The position numbers were made by a program, and so were the translations under genes. A stretch of DNA of 57,844 nt, the filler included, from Sphacelaria rigidula (taxonomy: Eukaryota), in NCBI GenBank assembly GCA_964200075.2. It is 9 parts of 9 records of this genome, joined end to end, with 100 filler letters (N's around TTAATTAATTAA, not from the genome) between each part and the next. Parts side by side here need not be neighbours in the genome. Positions count along the whole stretch, not along the records: positions 12,879 to 19,216 come from CAXNAA020020678.1; positions 19,317 to 25,654 come from CAXNAA020020679.1; 7 more parts are not named here. One strand, 5' to 3'. Under the pieces are notes generated by a model, which worked only from the letters and a program-made list of their open reading frames with translations, did not search any database and was not told where the DNA came from. Within the stretch, counting starts at the first letter, position 1, and the number at the start of each line of letters is the position of its first letter. Below, piece by piece: positions 12,879 to 24,501 of the stretch.

Positions 12879-12949
12879 TCGCTCCGGGAATCGAACCCCA
12901 CAACTCAACCATCAGAAGGTTACGAGGTTACCAACTGAGCCACTGGGTC
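12879..12949 (-). mobile_element. tRNA-derived SINE head or tRNA pseudogene, truncated by the contig end
   Basis: Minus strand shows box A TGGCTCAGTTGG, a TAACC-TTCTGAT-GGTTG anticodon-like arm and box B GGTTCGATTCC. D and acceptor stems do not pair properly. Confidence 0.65.
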
Positions 12950-14131
12950 AGTGTACGCAAGATAAAAAACGCTGGTTTGTAGCCCTCTGAGCCCACGCGC
13001 TGAGCCCTCTCGCTTGGTGTACCCCTTTTTGGTCACGTTTCAGGAGGGTCTATACCCCTTTGTTGCCTCTTGCCCTACCATCAATTCCCCCCGGATGTAC
13101 GCATGCTGATATTTCTCAATGGTTACATGCTCTCGTGATCATCTAGAGTGGTGTGGCGGGTAGATCTCTGTTCACCTGGTAACCATGGGTCTGATTAGTC
13201 GCGTACGTCCGTGCAAGTAGTGTTGTTTCTCGTAACGCCTAGACTGCATACCTCAGCCAACAGCAGGACGTTCGGATATTTTCTCCTTTCGTTACTGAAT
13301 TTCTCTCGACGGAACTAAACTCTGTGTACGTGAAGTACTGCCCTTGATCGGGATATCAGTGCTCAATTCGGAGGAGAAATGAAGACAAAACACGTGCTGC
13401 TCCGGGCCCAGGCCGCCCCCCCGGTAGTCACGCTTCCGCGGGGGGAGGATTTTTACCCTCGCGGCATCCATGCATCGCCCAAGAACTGGAAATGTATGGT
13501 GTGTCGGATGTGCCAGAAATGTGTTGTCATGATAAAATGATGGGTACGCAGCCCTAAGAAATGGCCATGTGGAAAGTGTATGGAGGTTTAAAACGCTGCA
13601 CCTATCTGTACATCCGTTCAGTTCGCACAAGACTCTCCCTCGTCCCTACCTTACGAAGCTTGGATTGCAGTTTTGGCTAAGTTTTGTGGGTATACTCTGC
13701 CGTATGTAAGTCACCTGGGTATTTATTTTTCTATAGTTACCTCTGTCGACGTAGTCGCCGGTACTATGATCCGTGGATGTGGACTTTCTTTCGTCAAACT
13801 TTCAACCCCTCCCCTTCCTAGGGACCAGTCTGTGGTCTTGCGGGATCACCCCGTCTCTCTCCCGGTACAAACCTTGCATTTTTGGTATCGCTGCACCGCG
13901 TCAACTCTCACTCAACTTTCTTCGTCTTTCACGTCCTCACATTTTCAGCGATGGAAATGAAACGCTTGTCGGCAAGAAACCGAAATGTAGCTGCTGGGGT
14001 TCGAACCCTTCATATTCCGTCCGAAGAGGTCCCTGTCTTCTCCCCGTCCTGCGCACGCCCTCGTTTGTGAACCCCGTGTACCTGCACTGCGTCGTGCGGT
14101 GGCTGACTGTTGTTCATACCGCCCTGTTCAG

Positions 14132-14279
14132 ACACTGCGGGTATGGTGTCGGTCGAAGGGTCAAGACAGCAATGACGACGCGAGACGTGGCGGTCATGAC
14201 AGCGGTGGTTGGCAGTGCGCGGCCGTGTTGGAGGATGGCGCCACACGTACGGTTCGGTGCTGCGATTGGTCTCCCTGTG
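14132..14279 (+). CDS. CIAO1: Cytosolic Fe-S assembly WD40 protein CIA1/CIAO1, internal exon
   Basis: cag|TLRVWCR...WQCAAVLEDGATRTVRCCDWSPCG|gtgagg resembles CIAO1 RIRIW...[24 protein letters not shown]. Phase 1 matches the next exon. Confidence 0.9.
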
Positions 14280-14343
14280 GTGAGGACGGTGTTTCCAAGG
14301 GTCCCGATAATGTGTTGGGCGGGGTATGTACTCTTGAGTGCTA

Positions 14344-14760
14344 GGTTGTAATACACGAGCATGTTCTCTCTCCAAGTTTTGAGTAGATTGGGTCCGACCT
14401 CATTGACTTTTCCCCGAATATTAGGTGGAGTTGGGTATGATGTCAATACTCTTACGAAATGTTGAGTGAGTGCTCTGAGCAATACTGGGTCATGGGAGTA
14501 TCACTCGGGTATGACCTCAATACTCTACTCACGTTTTCGGCAGAGGTGGGGATAATCTGAATACACAGATGTTGGGTGAAGTTGGTTTCGATTTCAGTGC
14601 TCTCTCAAACATCGGATGAGTACTCGCAGAAATACCCGGGTATCGAGTATTACTTGGGTACGACTCCAATATTCATATGTTGGGTAGAGTTGGGTTATAT
14701 CTCAATTCTGTACCCAAATTGTGGGTTATTTGGGTACGATCTTAATACTCTACCCACACA
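14344..14760. repeat. Array of ~38-bp hairpin-forming units, probably TE subterminal repeats
   Basis: Recurring GGTAGAGTTGGGTA...CTCAATACTCTACC. Lies in a CIAO1 intron. Confidence 0.75.
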
Positions 14761-15569
14761 CAAGGTAAATAATCTCAGTGACCCTGATCGTTGGTGACTT
14801 CGTGACGTCACTTTACAGACCTTGGCAGTGGAGGTGAATGGTTACCACCCCTAAAACAAGAGCGTGTGGTTTCATCGACCCGCACAGGATACCCCCGAAT
14901 TGTGGGAAGATTTCAGTTTTTTAGCGTAGAGGGTCCACCACCTTCTTGCGCGTATATGGGTAGACATGTAGATGGAGTAAATAATGAACGACAACGCGGA
15001 TCACGCTACAGGAAGTGCTACGAACAGTGCAGTGGTATATTGCAGTATAGGACAATGAAGTGCTATCTGTACAAAAATACAACAGTAGGACATGGTGAGA
15101 TGAATCTCACGTATATCTTGAACTGCTTGTTCTTTTGTCCCGTCCTGTCTTGTCCTACAGTATACTCGACTGCACTGTCAACAGTAGTCTCAGTAGCTTG
15201 TGGTGTCCATCACGTAAATGCTTTTCAAATGCAGAAAAAGTACGACAACGAGAGATGCCCTCGATGGCAGCGGACAATTTATTGCATTGCGTACAAGCTA
15301 GTGCGAAGCATACCGATATATTGAACTGCTAGTGCTTCTGTCCCGTCCTGTCTTGTCCTACAGTATTCTGACTGCACTGTCTGTTCGGTAGTTTTGGTAG
15401 TGTGTGGTGTCTAAAGCGTATACTTGTGAGAACAAAGGAAAACAATGAAAAAAATAATATCAAGTTGCGTGTGTGTAGGATCAGTGGGCGTGCAAATGCG
15501 GCATCATCAAAGCCTTGGATACATGGTAAGTTACAATCAGACTTTTCTGGTAAAGTATATACTTGTGAA

Positions 15570-15955
15570 TACTCGGGTGTAATGTAGTCGGGTTTTTGCT
15601 TACCCGAGTTTTGGGTATATAGGGTATGACCTCAGATACTCTACCCGAATATTCGGTAGAGTTAGGTACGGTCTCAATACTCTACCCAACTTATGGGCAG
15701 AGTTGGGTATAATCTCGATACTCTACCGAAGTAATGGGTATTGTTGGGTACTATCCCAATACTCTACCGGACATTTTTGATGAGCACTGTCGGCGCCACC
15801 TGGTTTCAGAGTATCACTTGGGTACGACTTCAACACTCTACCCCAATATTGGGTAGAGTTGGGTACGATACGATCTCAATACTCTTACCCAATATTTCGA
15901 GTACTAAGAGTGCGACCTATCAAAATACCGGGGTATCGGGTATATACTACCCGAC
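15570..15955. repeat. Second array of the same ~38-bp hairpin units
   Basis: Same GGTAGAG...CTCTACC unit, ending GGGTATCGGGTATATACTAC. Confidence 0.8.
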
Positions 15956-16921
15956 ACACGAAGGGTTTGTCGATCAATTGTCAGGCGAATTTCGATACAA
16001 AGGGTGTAAATACATGTGTCGGTATAAATGTACACACTTTGGACTCGGGCGGTGTGACAAATGAGTGAAGAATTGCACCGCATCCCCAATGTTTCCTTGT
16101 CCGACATACGGTCGGACCTCTGGAACTGAAGGTGCTTCACGTGTCGAAAGTACGCTTGCTTTCGACTGGGCGCGAGAGTAAGGATGTGCACCCCTTTTTT
16201 GTAGAGAGTGGTGACAAGTTGGCGGCGAGTCAAACGAGATTGACCGGGCCGATATGGACAATAGCAATAAATAAAGTGGTGGGTGACTGAGTTTTGCTGT
16301 TATTTGGCGGGTGACCACGATCGCACGCACCCTGTCGAAAGGGTGTTATGGGGAAGGTTTATCTCACCCAACTAGGCATCATGTATGTCTCGATCACTCC
16401 TGCAGCTAGTCCAGCTGCTTGCATGAGGCCTTCATATATATATACATATATTGCTTTCATGATGATTTCGGCAAATGTATAAATGTTTTTACAATTATTA
16501 TCATTATCATGAAGTAGTCGTAATAGTAGTCTTGTTGTCGTTGTTTGCAAACAAGCACCCGATCTTCGAACCTGTGGTCACAGACGTAGGGTCGCCTGCC
16601 CAGTACAAGGTCAAAGCTCGAGGGGGAGGGGGGAGAGGAAGGGTGGTGCCGGAACTGAAAGATGTCCCCCCCTGTTCATAAATAGAGGAGTTTTCGCAAG
16701 CATTAGTTGGATTTCTTGTTCATACGTTCTGCTGCATGTCGATAAATATCGAGTAAATGTCGGAGGAGCTGGCGGTTCTATTTGATCTTCGGTTCGTTCG
16801 CCACGTTGTGTTCCCCGTGTAGACGGCTATATATTTTTTCAATTTCCTCCGTGGGAGTGATTGCGTGCTGTGCCTGTCACTTGCATGTTTACGCTTTTTT
16901 CGTGGGGTGATGGGTTTTCAG

Positions 16922-17037
16922 GTAGGTTCATCGCGGCGGTGTGCTTTGACGGTACGTGCTCCATCTGGAGACGGCAGGAGGGCGGACCGGAACTGACCTT
17001 CGATCTTTCCGCTACGCTCGAAGGACACGAAAATGAG
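16922..17037 (+). CDS. CIAO1: CIAO1 internal exon
   Basis: cag|(G)RFIAAVCFDGTCSIWRRQEGGPELTFDLSATLEGHENE|gtacgc carries the CIAO1 signature TLEGHENEVK. Confidence 0.95.
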
Positions 17038-17801
17038 GTACGCGCTGCATCATAATTACACATCAGCGCATCACCATCTTGTGTTTGAAATACAGTATGC
17101 TGCTGCTACTGTTGGATCACCCAGATTTACCCCCTCGAATACACGTCCCGACCTTAGCACAGTCACACGAAGTCACACGAAGGAAGACGAGGTGTATGTT
17201 GTATGCAAATCCACCCTCTTGTTGCTTTTCTTCGAAACACCATTATTAGAGCTGCTGCGGACCTCCGTACAAACGCGAGCAATCAGATGACTGTGCTAAG
17301 GTTGCGACTTGTACTCGAGGGGTATATCTGGGTGATCCAACAGCAGCAGCAACAACAACAACAACGTGATATTCTACAAGCGCGACGTAGTCAACCACGG
17401 CTCATCCGATGGAGTGTGGGATGTGGGATGTGGGATGTTGGTGTCATGACCTCAAGCGGCAAACGCACTGTGTACAATATCGTGATACTCTGTCACGTCG
17501 CTGGAATAGTTTCAGCTCGTGACAAAATAGTCTGCGGCGGAGTTCAATGTATCAACCACTCTTCCGCGGGAACGATCGCGACTTCCGCAGCATAAAATGT
17601 GTAGAAACACAATCGTAGAAACACAAGCCTATCGATACTCGGTATATTCTCGAAGGTTCGAATGATCTTTCTTCTATATTCGTCTATAGTTTTCTGTTTT
17701 GACGCCTTTTTCGGCGGGAGTAAACCGTAACCCGAAGCAGCCTATCTCACCTTCATTTTTCAGTTCAAACGCTTTTATTTATTTGTTTCCCGGCGGCGCA
17801 G

Positions 17802-17875
17802 GTAAAAAGCGCGGCGTGGAACAAAAGTGGCAACTTACTCGCTACCTGCGGCCGGGACAAAACCGTATGGATATG
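17802..17875 (+). CDS. CIAO1: CIAO1 internal exon
   Basis: cag|[25 protein letters not shown]|gtgag resembles [25 protein letters not shown]. Phase-0 junction with the previous exon. Confidence 0.95.
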
Positions 17876-17939
17876 GTGAGATTTAAGAGCGCGGGACACC
17901 AGTGTTCTGTGTGCAGTGCAGGAGTCTGCTGGTAGAGGG

Positions 17940-18310
17940 AAATAGGTGCACCTGACGCTAGCATTCCTATGTGTTGTTTTTCTCCAAACGTTCTCGAGGG
18001 TGGTACAAACATCCATTGCTCCATATCATGATCTGCATCAGTAAGTGCCAGGGCACTCTCCAAACGTTCCCGAATATGGCGAGAACATCCTTTATCCTTT
18101 GTCATGGTCTACATGAGTGGGTGCAACGGAAGCTGGCTGTCGTATGTGTCATTCTCCAAACGATCCCGAGGATGCACCAAACATCCTTCGCTCCCTGCCA
18201 TCATCTACAGGAATAGGTGTAACTGACGCTGACTGTACGCGGTGTGCCATTCTCCCAGCGTTCTCGGGGGGTAGCGCAAACATCCTTTGACCTCTGTATT
18301 TATCTGCATC
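17940..18310. repeat. Degenerate tandem repeat, 4 units of ~75-100 bp
   Basis: TCTCCAAACGTTC(T/C)CG...AACATCCTT recurs at ~17980, 18057, 18152 and 18250. Confidence 0.7.
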
Positions 18311-19316
18311 TATCGTCGATATTCGCCAGCATCTTTCCGGAAGAAAACTGTGGCGGCGAAAAGATGTGAGTTCTTTGTCCTGGGTAATATTGTGCGTTAG
18401 TGCAAGCTATGGTGATGTGATCCCTGCGGACCTATTTTGCTGCAAGATCTTCCCAAAACAGTACAAATTTTACGACACAGCAATCAAATCGACAATGACA
18501 TGAATTTGATGTACAGTACGCCGCGACCCGGTGGTGTAACGGTACAACTGGCACCGTAGGGCAGGGTAAACGCGGCCTTGGATTCCCGCCAGATGCGTCT
18601 AGTTTATTTATTTATTTATCATGAGTACGAATTCGATTTCCGCCGTTGAAAGCGTCATGACGAGATAGCGACAAGAGTCTGTTTCAAAATGCGTTTCGTA
18701 GACGAGAGTGGACGCCGTGAGGAAGCGCTGCTGGTCATGATCTGATCCGCGATTACAAACTGTAAGGCGTGTGCCGGGGGAGAAATAGATGGGTTGATAG
18801 CTTGAGAGCACGGACTCTTCCCGAGGAACAGGCGGGGTCAGAAGCGAGGCGAAGAAGAAGTGAAGAAGTCTACAATCCGATAGTGGTATACAACACACGC
18901 AGTAGAATATATGCACGGTTTCATGCGTGTTTTTGGAACCTCCAAAGTTGAGTTGGACCAACAACCCGGGCTTGGAGTACTCGACCTCAACGCTAGAACT
19001 AGGGGCGGGGTTCCTGCCCGTGGCCATACCTGTATTTATTCGTAAAATGGTGGGGGGAGGGGGGGTTATTCGGGTATTTCAGGTACTGCACCTTTGAGCG
19101 CCAACGTAAGAAGATAAATTGAAAAAAAACGGTGAAAGTCGAGGAGTTGTGCGAAAACTGTTGATCCGATGCACGTTGAAAATCGAGCGGGAGGCAGGTG
19201 CCGGGGGAGAGGGGGGNNNNNNNNNNNNNNNNNNNNNNNNNNNNNNNNNNNNNNNNNNNNTTAATTAATTAANNNNNNNNNNNNNNNNNNNNNNNNNNNN
19301 NNNNNNNNNNNNNNNN

Positions 19317-19405
<89 letters not shown>

Positions 19406-19565
19406 AATAGTGATCATGATGATAACAATAATCATAATAATCATAATCATAATAATAATGATCATGATCATGATCATGATAATGATAATGATAATAATCA
19501 TAATAAAAATAAAAATAATAACAATAATAATAATAAATAATGATCATAATAGCAATAATGACCAT
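19317..19565. repeat. (AAT)n microsatellite with variants
   Basis: Directly visible at the contig start. Confidence 0.98.
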
Positions 19566-19599
19566 AAAAAAAAAAGAATAATCCGGAAGATTCTTACGG

Positions 19600-22500
19600 T
19601 TGTCATCTTAGAGTTCTCTCGTTCTGATCCTGGAACGCTATTCGATTTCTTGTAGTGGTCTCTGCAGGACGGTTCAGCGGAAAGTCCGCTAATCAGCGAC
19701 TCCTTTATGCGGTATCGACCGAATTGTAGCATGCTTAGTATCATTCTGACAGCCATGGACAAGTAAGAGGGTTCACATAGCCGGGTTTGTGTTTAAGACC
19801 GTAGTGGTTGCACTAAGGGTGAAGGAAGAGCGAAAAGGTACTCCGAAAATCAGCGGTCTTGAAATTGCTCTGAGTTTTAATACGCGAATGCCCAACCCAA
19901 TATCTTTCTAGTCTCCAAGTTCTTCATATTGTAGTGACCGCCATCAACGCAGAAACCTGACGGGCAAACCACGTTTGACAAACGGTTTTTCATGGAATCG
20001 AATGACACCCCAATCCGTGGTATTTCAGTGGTGTGGAGTTTGACGTCGTCGGATTTCCGCTGATGATAAGGACGAAAGACCCAGGAACCCTCCCGACGGT
20101 TTTGCTCACATCTATCGTGGGAAATCTCCGATCGCCGTCAAACTTGGCACGTTCGTAGGAACTGATGCTCCTAAGGGAAAAGTAAGGGATTATTGAAACT
20201 ATTTCAAGATTGTTTTTGTCCAACCGGCTTCCAGGGGCTGCCGCGTGAAGATTCCCGGGAGCCGGTTAAGAATGCGTTAAACGAAAAATGCGTCCCGGCG
20301 TAGCCCAATCAAGATTTGTACGAGGTGTCGTTGCGTAACTCGAAAAACCTGATGCACTGGGTTCGTTCAAACGTAATACGTACCCGAAAAAGTCGTCTAA
20401 ATACCGAAACGAAGTAGTCAGGAGTTCGAATTTTTCAAACCCATGTTGTACAGAAGCCTGCATGTTCACGCGGGTTCTTGGCGTTAGACTGTAAGTTTTC
20501 ACACAAATACTACGAGGCATTCCGGAACTTTCCACATTTGTTTCCCACCCGATTTCGGGGGTTAAAAAATGGTATGTTACCCCCCGGGGCCCTGAAACCG
20601 CCGATAATCGGCGAAAAGAAGCCTTGAGCGTTTCGATATGCCCCATAGCATGTGTGCAATATTTCAGAGCCTGACTCCAAAAGTCGAAGCAAACATTTGC
20701 GGATGAGTGAATTTGCGTCGAAAGCGTGCACCAGCCTGCATTACAATGCTTTGACGTGCAGCGAGTCATGATGAGCGGGAAAAGATTCAAATTCGACTGC
20801 GACAGAGTGTCAAGAAGGGAGAACGACGTACCTGCTCAAGTTCTATCCGTCTGTCTCCCAGCGTTCTTGTTGGCAGATGTTTTCCCTTCTGTCTTTTATT
20901 TCTTCCGTGGCGTAGTAGATAGATGTATGTCTCGTCGGTAGGTTGTAGATTGATATGCGAGTGCTCATTCGGTGTGCTTGGTTGAGAGGCTACCGTTCCC
21001 GAATCAATGAAAATAACTTCATTCTTTACGTACACAGCCACGGAACCTCGATGATATGCCACAATGTAACTCTAACCCTAAGCAATGGACCCTCGATGAT
21101 ATGCCACGATGTAAATGCACCGCGACAAACCGCTGCGGCTCAATCAGTGCCCCGTGGCCCTGGCGGTAGCACGCAGTCTCACGCCCGACAGTGGGGTTTT
21201 CCCGGATTGGACGCACCCTTGTGCGTTCGCTCCGGTACCTGTGCGAAAGTCGAAATAAGTAATCTTTCTTCATCGCACCCCTGTGCCTTCGCTCCGCACT
21301 GTGCCCTGACCCCGGTCTACGTTGACCATTTTGCATCATTCATTTTGTCCCTAAAGCGGTTGTTCTGAGCGGAACCGGCGTGATTTAGACCCTGACATTT
21401 TGCCCACGTGTCCTATAAGACGGTACAAAACGTTTTTTTTTCAACGTTTTTTTATTCATCTTTTTCGCCGGATATCCGGGGTCCCGAGTGTCCCCGGGCT
21501 TATGCCGCCTCCCGAGGCCCCGGATTTCAGGCGACAAATAAATAAATAGGAAAACAGCATTCGGGAAATGTTGCTTAATATCTCGTAGCACGTGTACAAA
21601 TTCCAGCGTCCATTTCCGAACACCCGCGTGAGAAATAGCACGCACGTGTGCCGAAATGTACAAATGCACGCGGAACCCACTGTTTACGTAATTATAGTAT
21701 ACTACATGGCCTTGTTCTTGAACGTTCAAGCTTGCATCGACCGTTTAGGATCAATTTTCCGAGTTATGCACGGCGATTCGTATAACCGTTCCTTGTAATA
21801 CCTCACAACGAAGATCAATAGCACCTGTTATTTTGATGCATTCGATACCAGCTTCTGAGGTGTTCATGCCGGGACCTCCGGAAGCCGGTAGAGAGCAGAT
21901 GAACTCTGACATGTTCTCCAAAGGTTTGTTTTCCATTCGGAGCACCTATATCTACGACTCTGCCGAGTTTAACTGTGATCGAGGGTTTTCTACGACAGGT
22001 GTGAGGGAAACGTTCACGAGGATTTCTGGGTCTTCGATCCATATCACCAGTGACAATCCGACGACTCTAAAACTCCACATGACCGAAATGTCACGGTTTG
22101 GGGAATCGCTCGACTCCATACAAACCGGTCATATTTTGTATTTGCGCTAGATTCTCTAGGTGATGGTTACTAAGGTTAGATTCATGACGATAGTGGGTAT
22201 TATTGTGTCGGGGGTTTGCATTTTTAGTTGAGAACAATTTGAACGCCCCTGATTGGCCGAGAAACATTTTCATGCCTAGCACCACAGCAGAGGCGGAACA
22301 ACACTTCTGGCGATGTCAAACTGCTAGTATGCTAGTGAGGGTTACTATGGTACCAAATTTGGGTCTTATCGGGTCAGTTTTTGCGTTCTGTATTTGGTGC
22401 GGGATAAATTTTGGGCATTCACTCTGAACCAGCCTGTACCAGTGATTCATTTCAGGAGAAGAACCTGCATCGGATTGCTTACCCCGACGACCTTGTTTTC
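19600..22500. repeat. ~2.9-kb decayed inverted repeat (quasi-palindrome)
   Basis: The reverse complement of 19990-20180 aligns with 21930-22120 (about 50 differences in ~190 nt by hand count). Further matching blocks at 19660/22420, 20340/21760, 20600/21465 and 20650/21395. Confidence 0.75.
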
Positions 22501-23068
22501 TGTGAGCGTCCGGTATACCGGGCTGGCAGATATCAATGTCCACCGGCAACCCTCATTGCCACTTGTTCAGATACCCCTGGGGTCTATTAGGCACAGCAAC
22601 AGTCGTTACCCTATGTGCTGTGTATACACTATACCACATCTTATGCTGATGGTGAGCACACATTGCTGCAGCTCTGTGCCAACATATCCACCAGACTATT
22701 CACGTACACGGGGAGAGACGAAAAGCACCGGGCTGTTCTTGTTCATGTTCATGTCTTGGTTAATGTCTGCGTTACTTCGTATACTGAGAGTGTTTGGTAT
22801 GGCACGTGTCTCTCGACATGAATCACGTATGTGTTACGAGGGAAAACCACGCTCTGCCTGTCTGCAGGTGACTCGAACGCCATTCGAATGGTTTCATTCC
22901 TCGCCTTTGGCCTCATGTTCTGGTTGCCATCTGCACTCTCTCGTACATAGTAGCTTTTGTTTTCGTTGTTTGTATGTCACTACCCCTCTCACGCATTCAA
23001 GCCTCTCCCGACTCCCAACCAGACTCGTGGTGAATCATAGCGTGATGGATTCTCTTCTCGCTGTACAG

Positions 23069-23245
23069 GGTCCGCGGCAGGTGATCGATCGGTGCTTTGC
23101 ACACTCTATGACACCAACGGCGGCTCCGAGTGGTTTCAAAGCGGAGACGGAGCCTGGAAAACTGGTGACGAGCTATCGCATTGGTCTGGTGTTACCGTCA
23201 ATGCGGAGGGGCGTGTCATCAAGCTGCATCTGAAACATTTGACGG
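23069..23245 (+). CDS. LRR N-terminal cap exon of a brown-algal LRR protein (ROCO LRR-GTPase-like)
   Basis: cag|SAAGDRSVLCTLYDTNGGSEW...WKTGDELSHWSGVTVNAEGRVIKLHLKHLTG|gtgagc. Fits the DRxxLxxLYxxTGGxxW...W.GV.VN..GRV cap. 177 nt, phase 1-1. Confidence 0.9.
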
Positions 23246-24429
23246 GTGAGCGACTGGAATGTACACGATATCGTGCAATCATGTAGACCATGACGTTTTT
23301 GGAGTCGGCCGCGACTCCTGCGCGGGTCTATCTCGGTGACAGTCGTAGCGGGCGGGTTGAGCACCACCAATATTTAAATACTTTCCTAGCTACATCTGAT
23401 AAGCGACGACCGACCTTTTCACGCCGCGTAGTCGGACCCTGTCATCGATCAATTTGGTTTGATATCGGTAGGCTGAGCATGCGGCAGGAGGTGGCCGGAT
23501 CCAGGCGACCGTTTTACTGTGCCCTTTCTCCTTGAAAGTGAATGCCGTTATTGTTGGCCAGGTTCAGTAGAAGGTGAAAGGCGTTCGGTTGATGTGCGTA
23601 GAGGCGGGCGACTTACGCTAGCTGTTTTCTGCACACTTGATGCATCTGGATATTGCAGTGTTGTTGGGACTCTCTCGCCAGAATATTTAAAGGGTTCGAA
23701 TGAGTATCGTGATACAGCGTATACATCTCTGAACCAACCATTTTGATCCACGTCGCCCATGTAGAGTATGACTCTCACAATTGCTCGATCGTGGTTCAAC
23801 CCACATGCAGATGATGACGCTTTCAAGTCATCCCACGAAGTTGCTCGAAGGCTGCACATTTTCTCGTGTCATAACACAGCCCGCGGTTGGAGGCCAAGCG
23901 TCGCCCAACTACGTTCTGACCTTGCGCTCCCCGATTTGTTCATTTTCTTGGGCGACATCCCTTTTTCCGAACAGCACCACTGGCTCATCATTGACGCCGG
24001 TAAGCGTGACCCAATGGCGGAGCGGCTCGCATCTGCTTACGTGTACCACCCATCATGACAGTTTGCCGTAAATCTCGTGGTCGTCAGTCCCTGACTTATG
24101 TATGTTCAGCTGACGCCTATCCGTCCACTCTCACACACCGGCGTTCGTGCTAAAATGAATGTCTGAACACACGTACTTGCCACTTGTTCCATAACCATAA
24201 CTCTGAAAAACCCAAAAGCCAAGTCGTTCAGATGAGCTGTAGCTTGCAAACAATGAATGTGCTTGATCCCCCTAGTCGCCGGGCGGTGAGGAGTGCTGCC
24301 GTGCCTAACCTGGAACCCTCGCTCACTATATTTACATCAACGGGAGATAACGATAGGGCGCTACTACGAGTAGTGTACCTGGACATCTGTAGACAGGTCC
24401 ATGCGTAACTCGTCTTTTGTGATGTGCAG

Positions 24430-24501
24430 GTTCCCTCCCGGCGGAGCTCGGGAAGCTCGATGCGCTCGAGGAGCTAACCCTGTCTGTGGGTACACTATGG
24501 G
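24430..24501 (+). CDS. Single 24-aa LRR exon (72 nt)
   Basis: cag|GSLPAELGKLDALEELTLSVGTLWG|gtgagt. Exactly 72 nt, phase 1-1, fits the 24-residue LRR consensus. Confidence 0.92.

Noticed and set aside
12879..12949. Functional tRNA gene
   Set aside because: Boxes A and B are present but the acceptor and D stems do not pair. It is better explained as a SINE head.
14344..15955. Palindromic ~38-bp units as a CRISPR-like array
   Set aside because: The units are degenerate and abut each other without unique spacers. The context is a eukaryotic intron and there are no cas genes.
18525..18595. Second tRNA-like or SINE head (GACCCGGTGGTGTAACGGT...TTGGATTCCC)
   Set aside because: Box B is too degenerate to support a call from sequence alone.
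19265..19655. Poly-Ile and poly-Tyr ORFs (also poly-V/C/L at 36.9 kb and poly-F at 37.6 kb)
   Set aside because: These are translations of microsatellites and homopolymers.
22394..23233. 279-aa plus-strand ORF
   Set aside because: It overlaps the genuine LRR cap exon in a different frame and has no recognisable domain.
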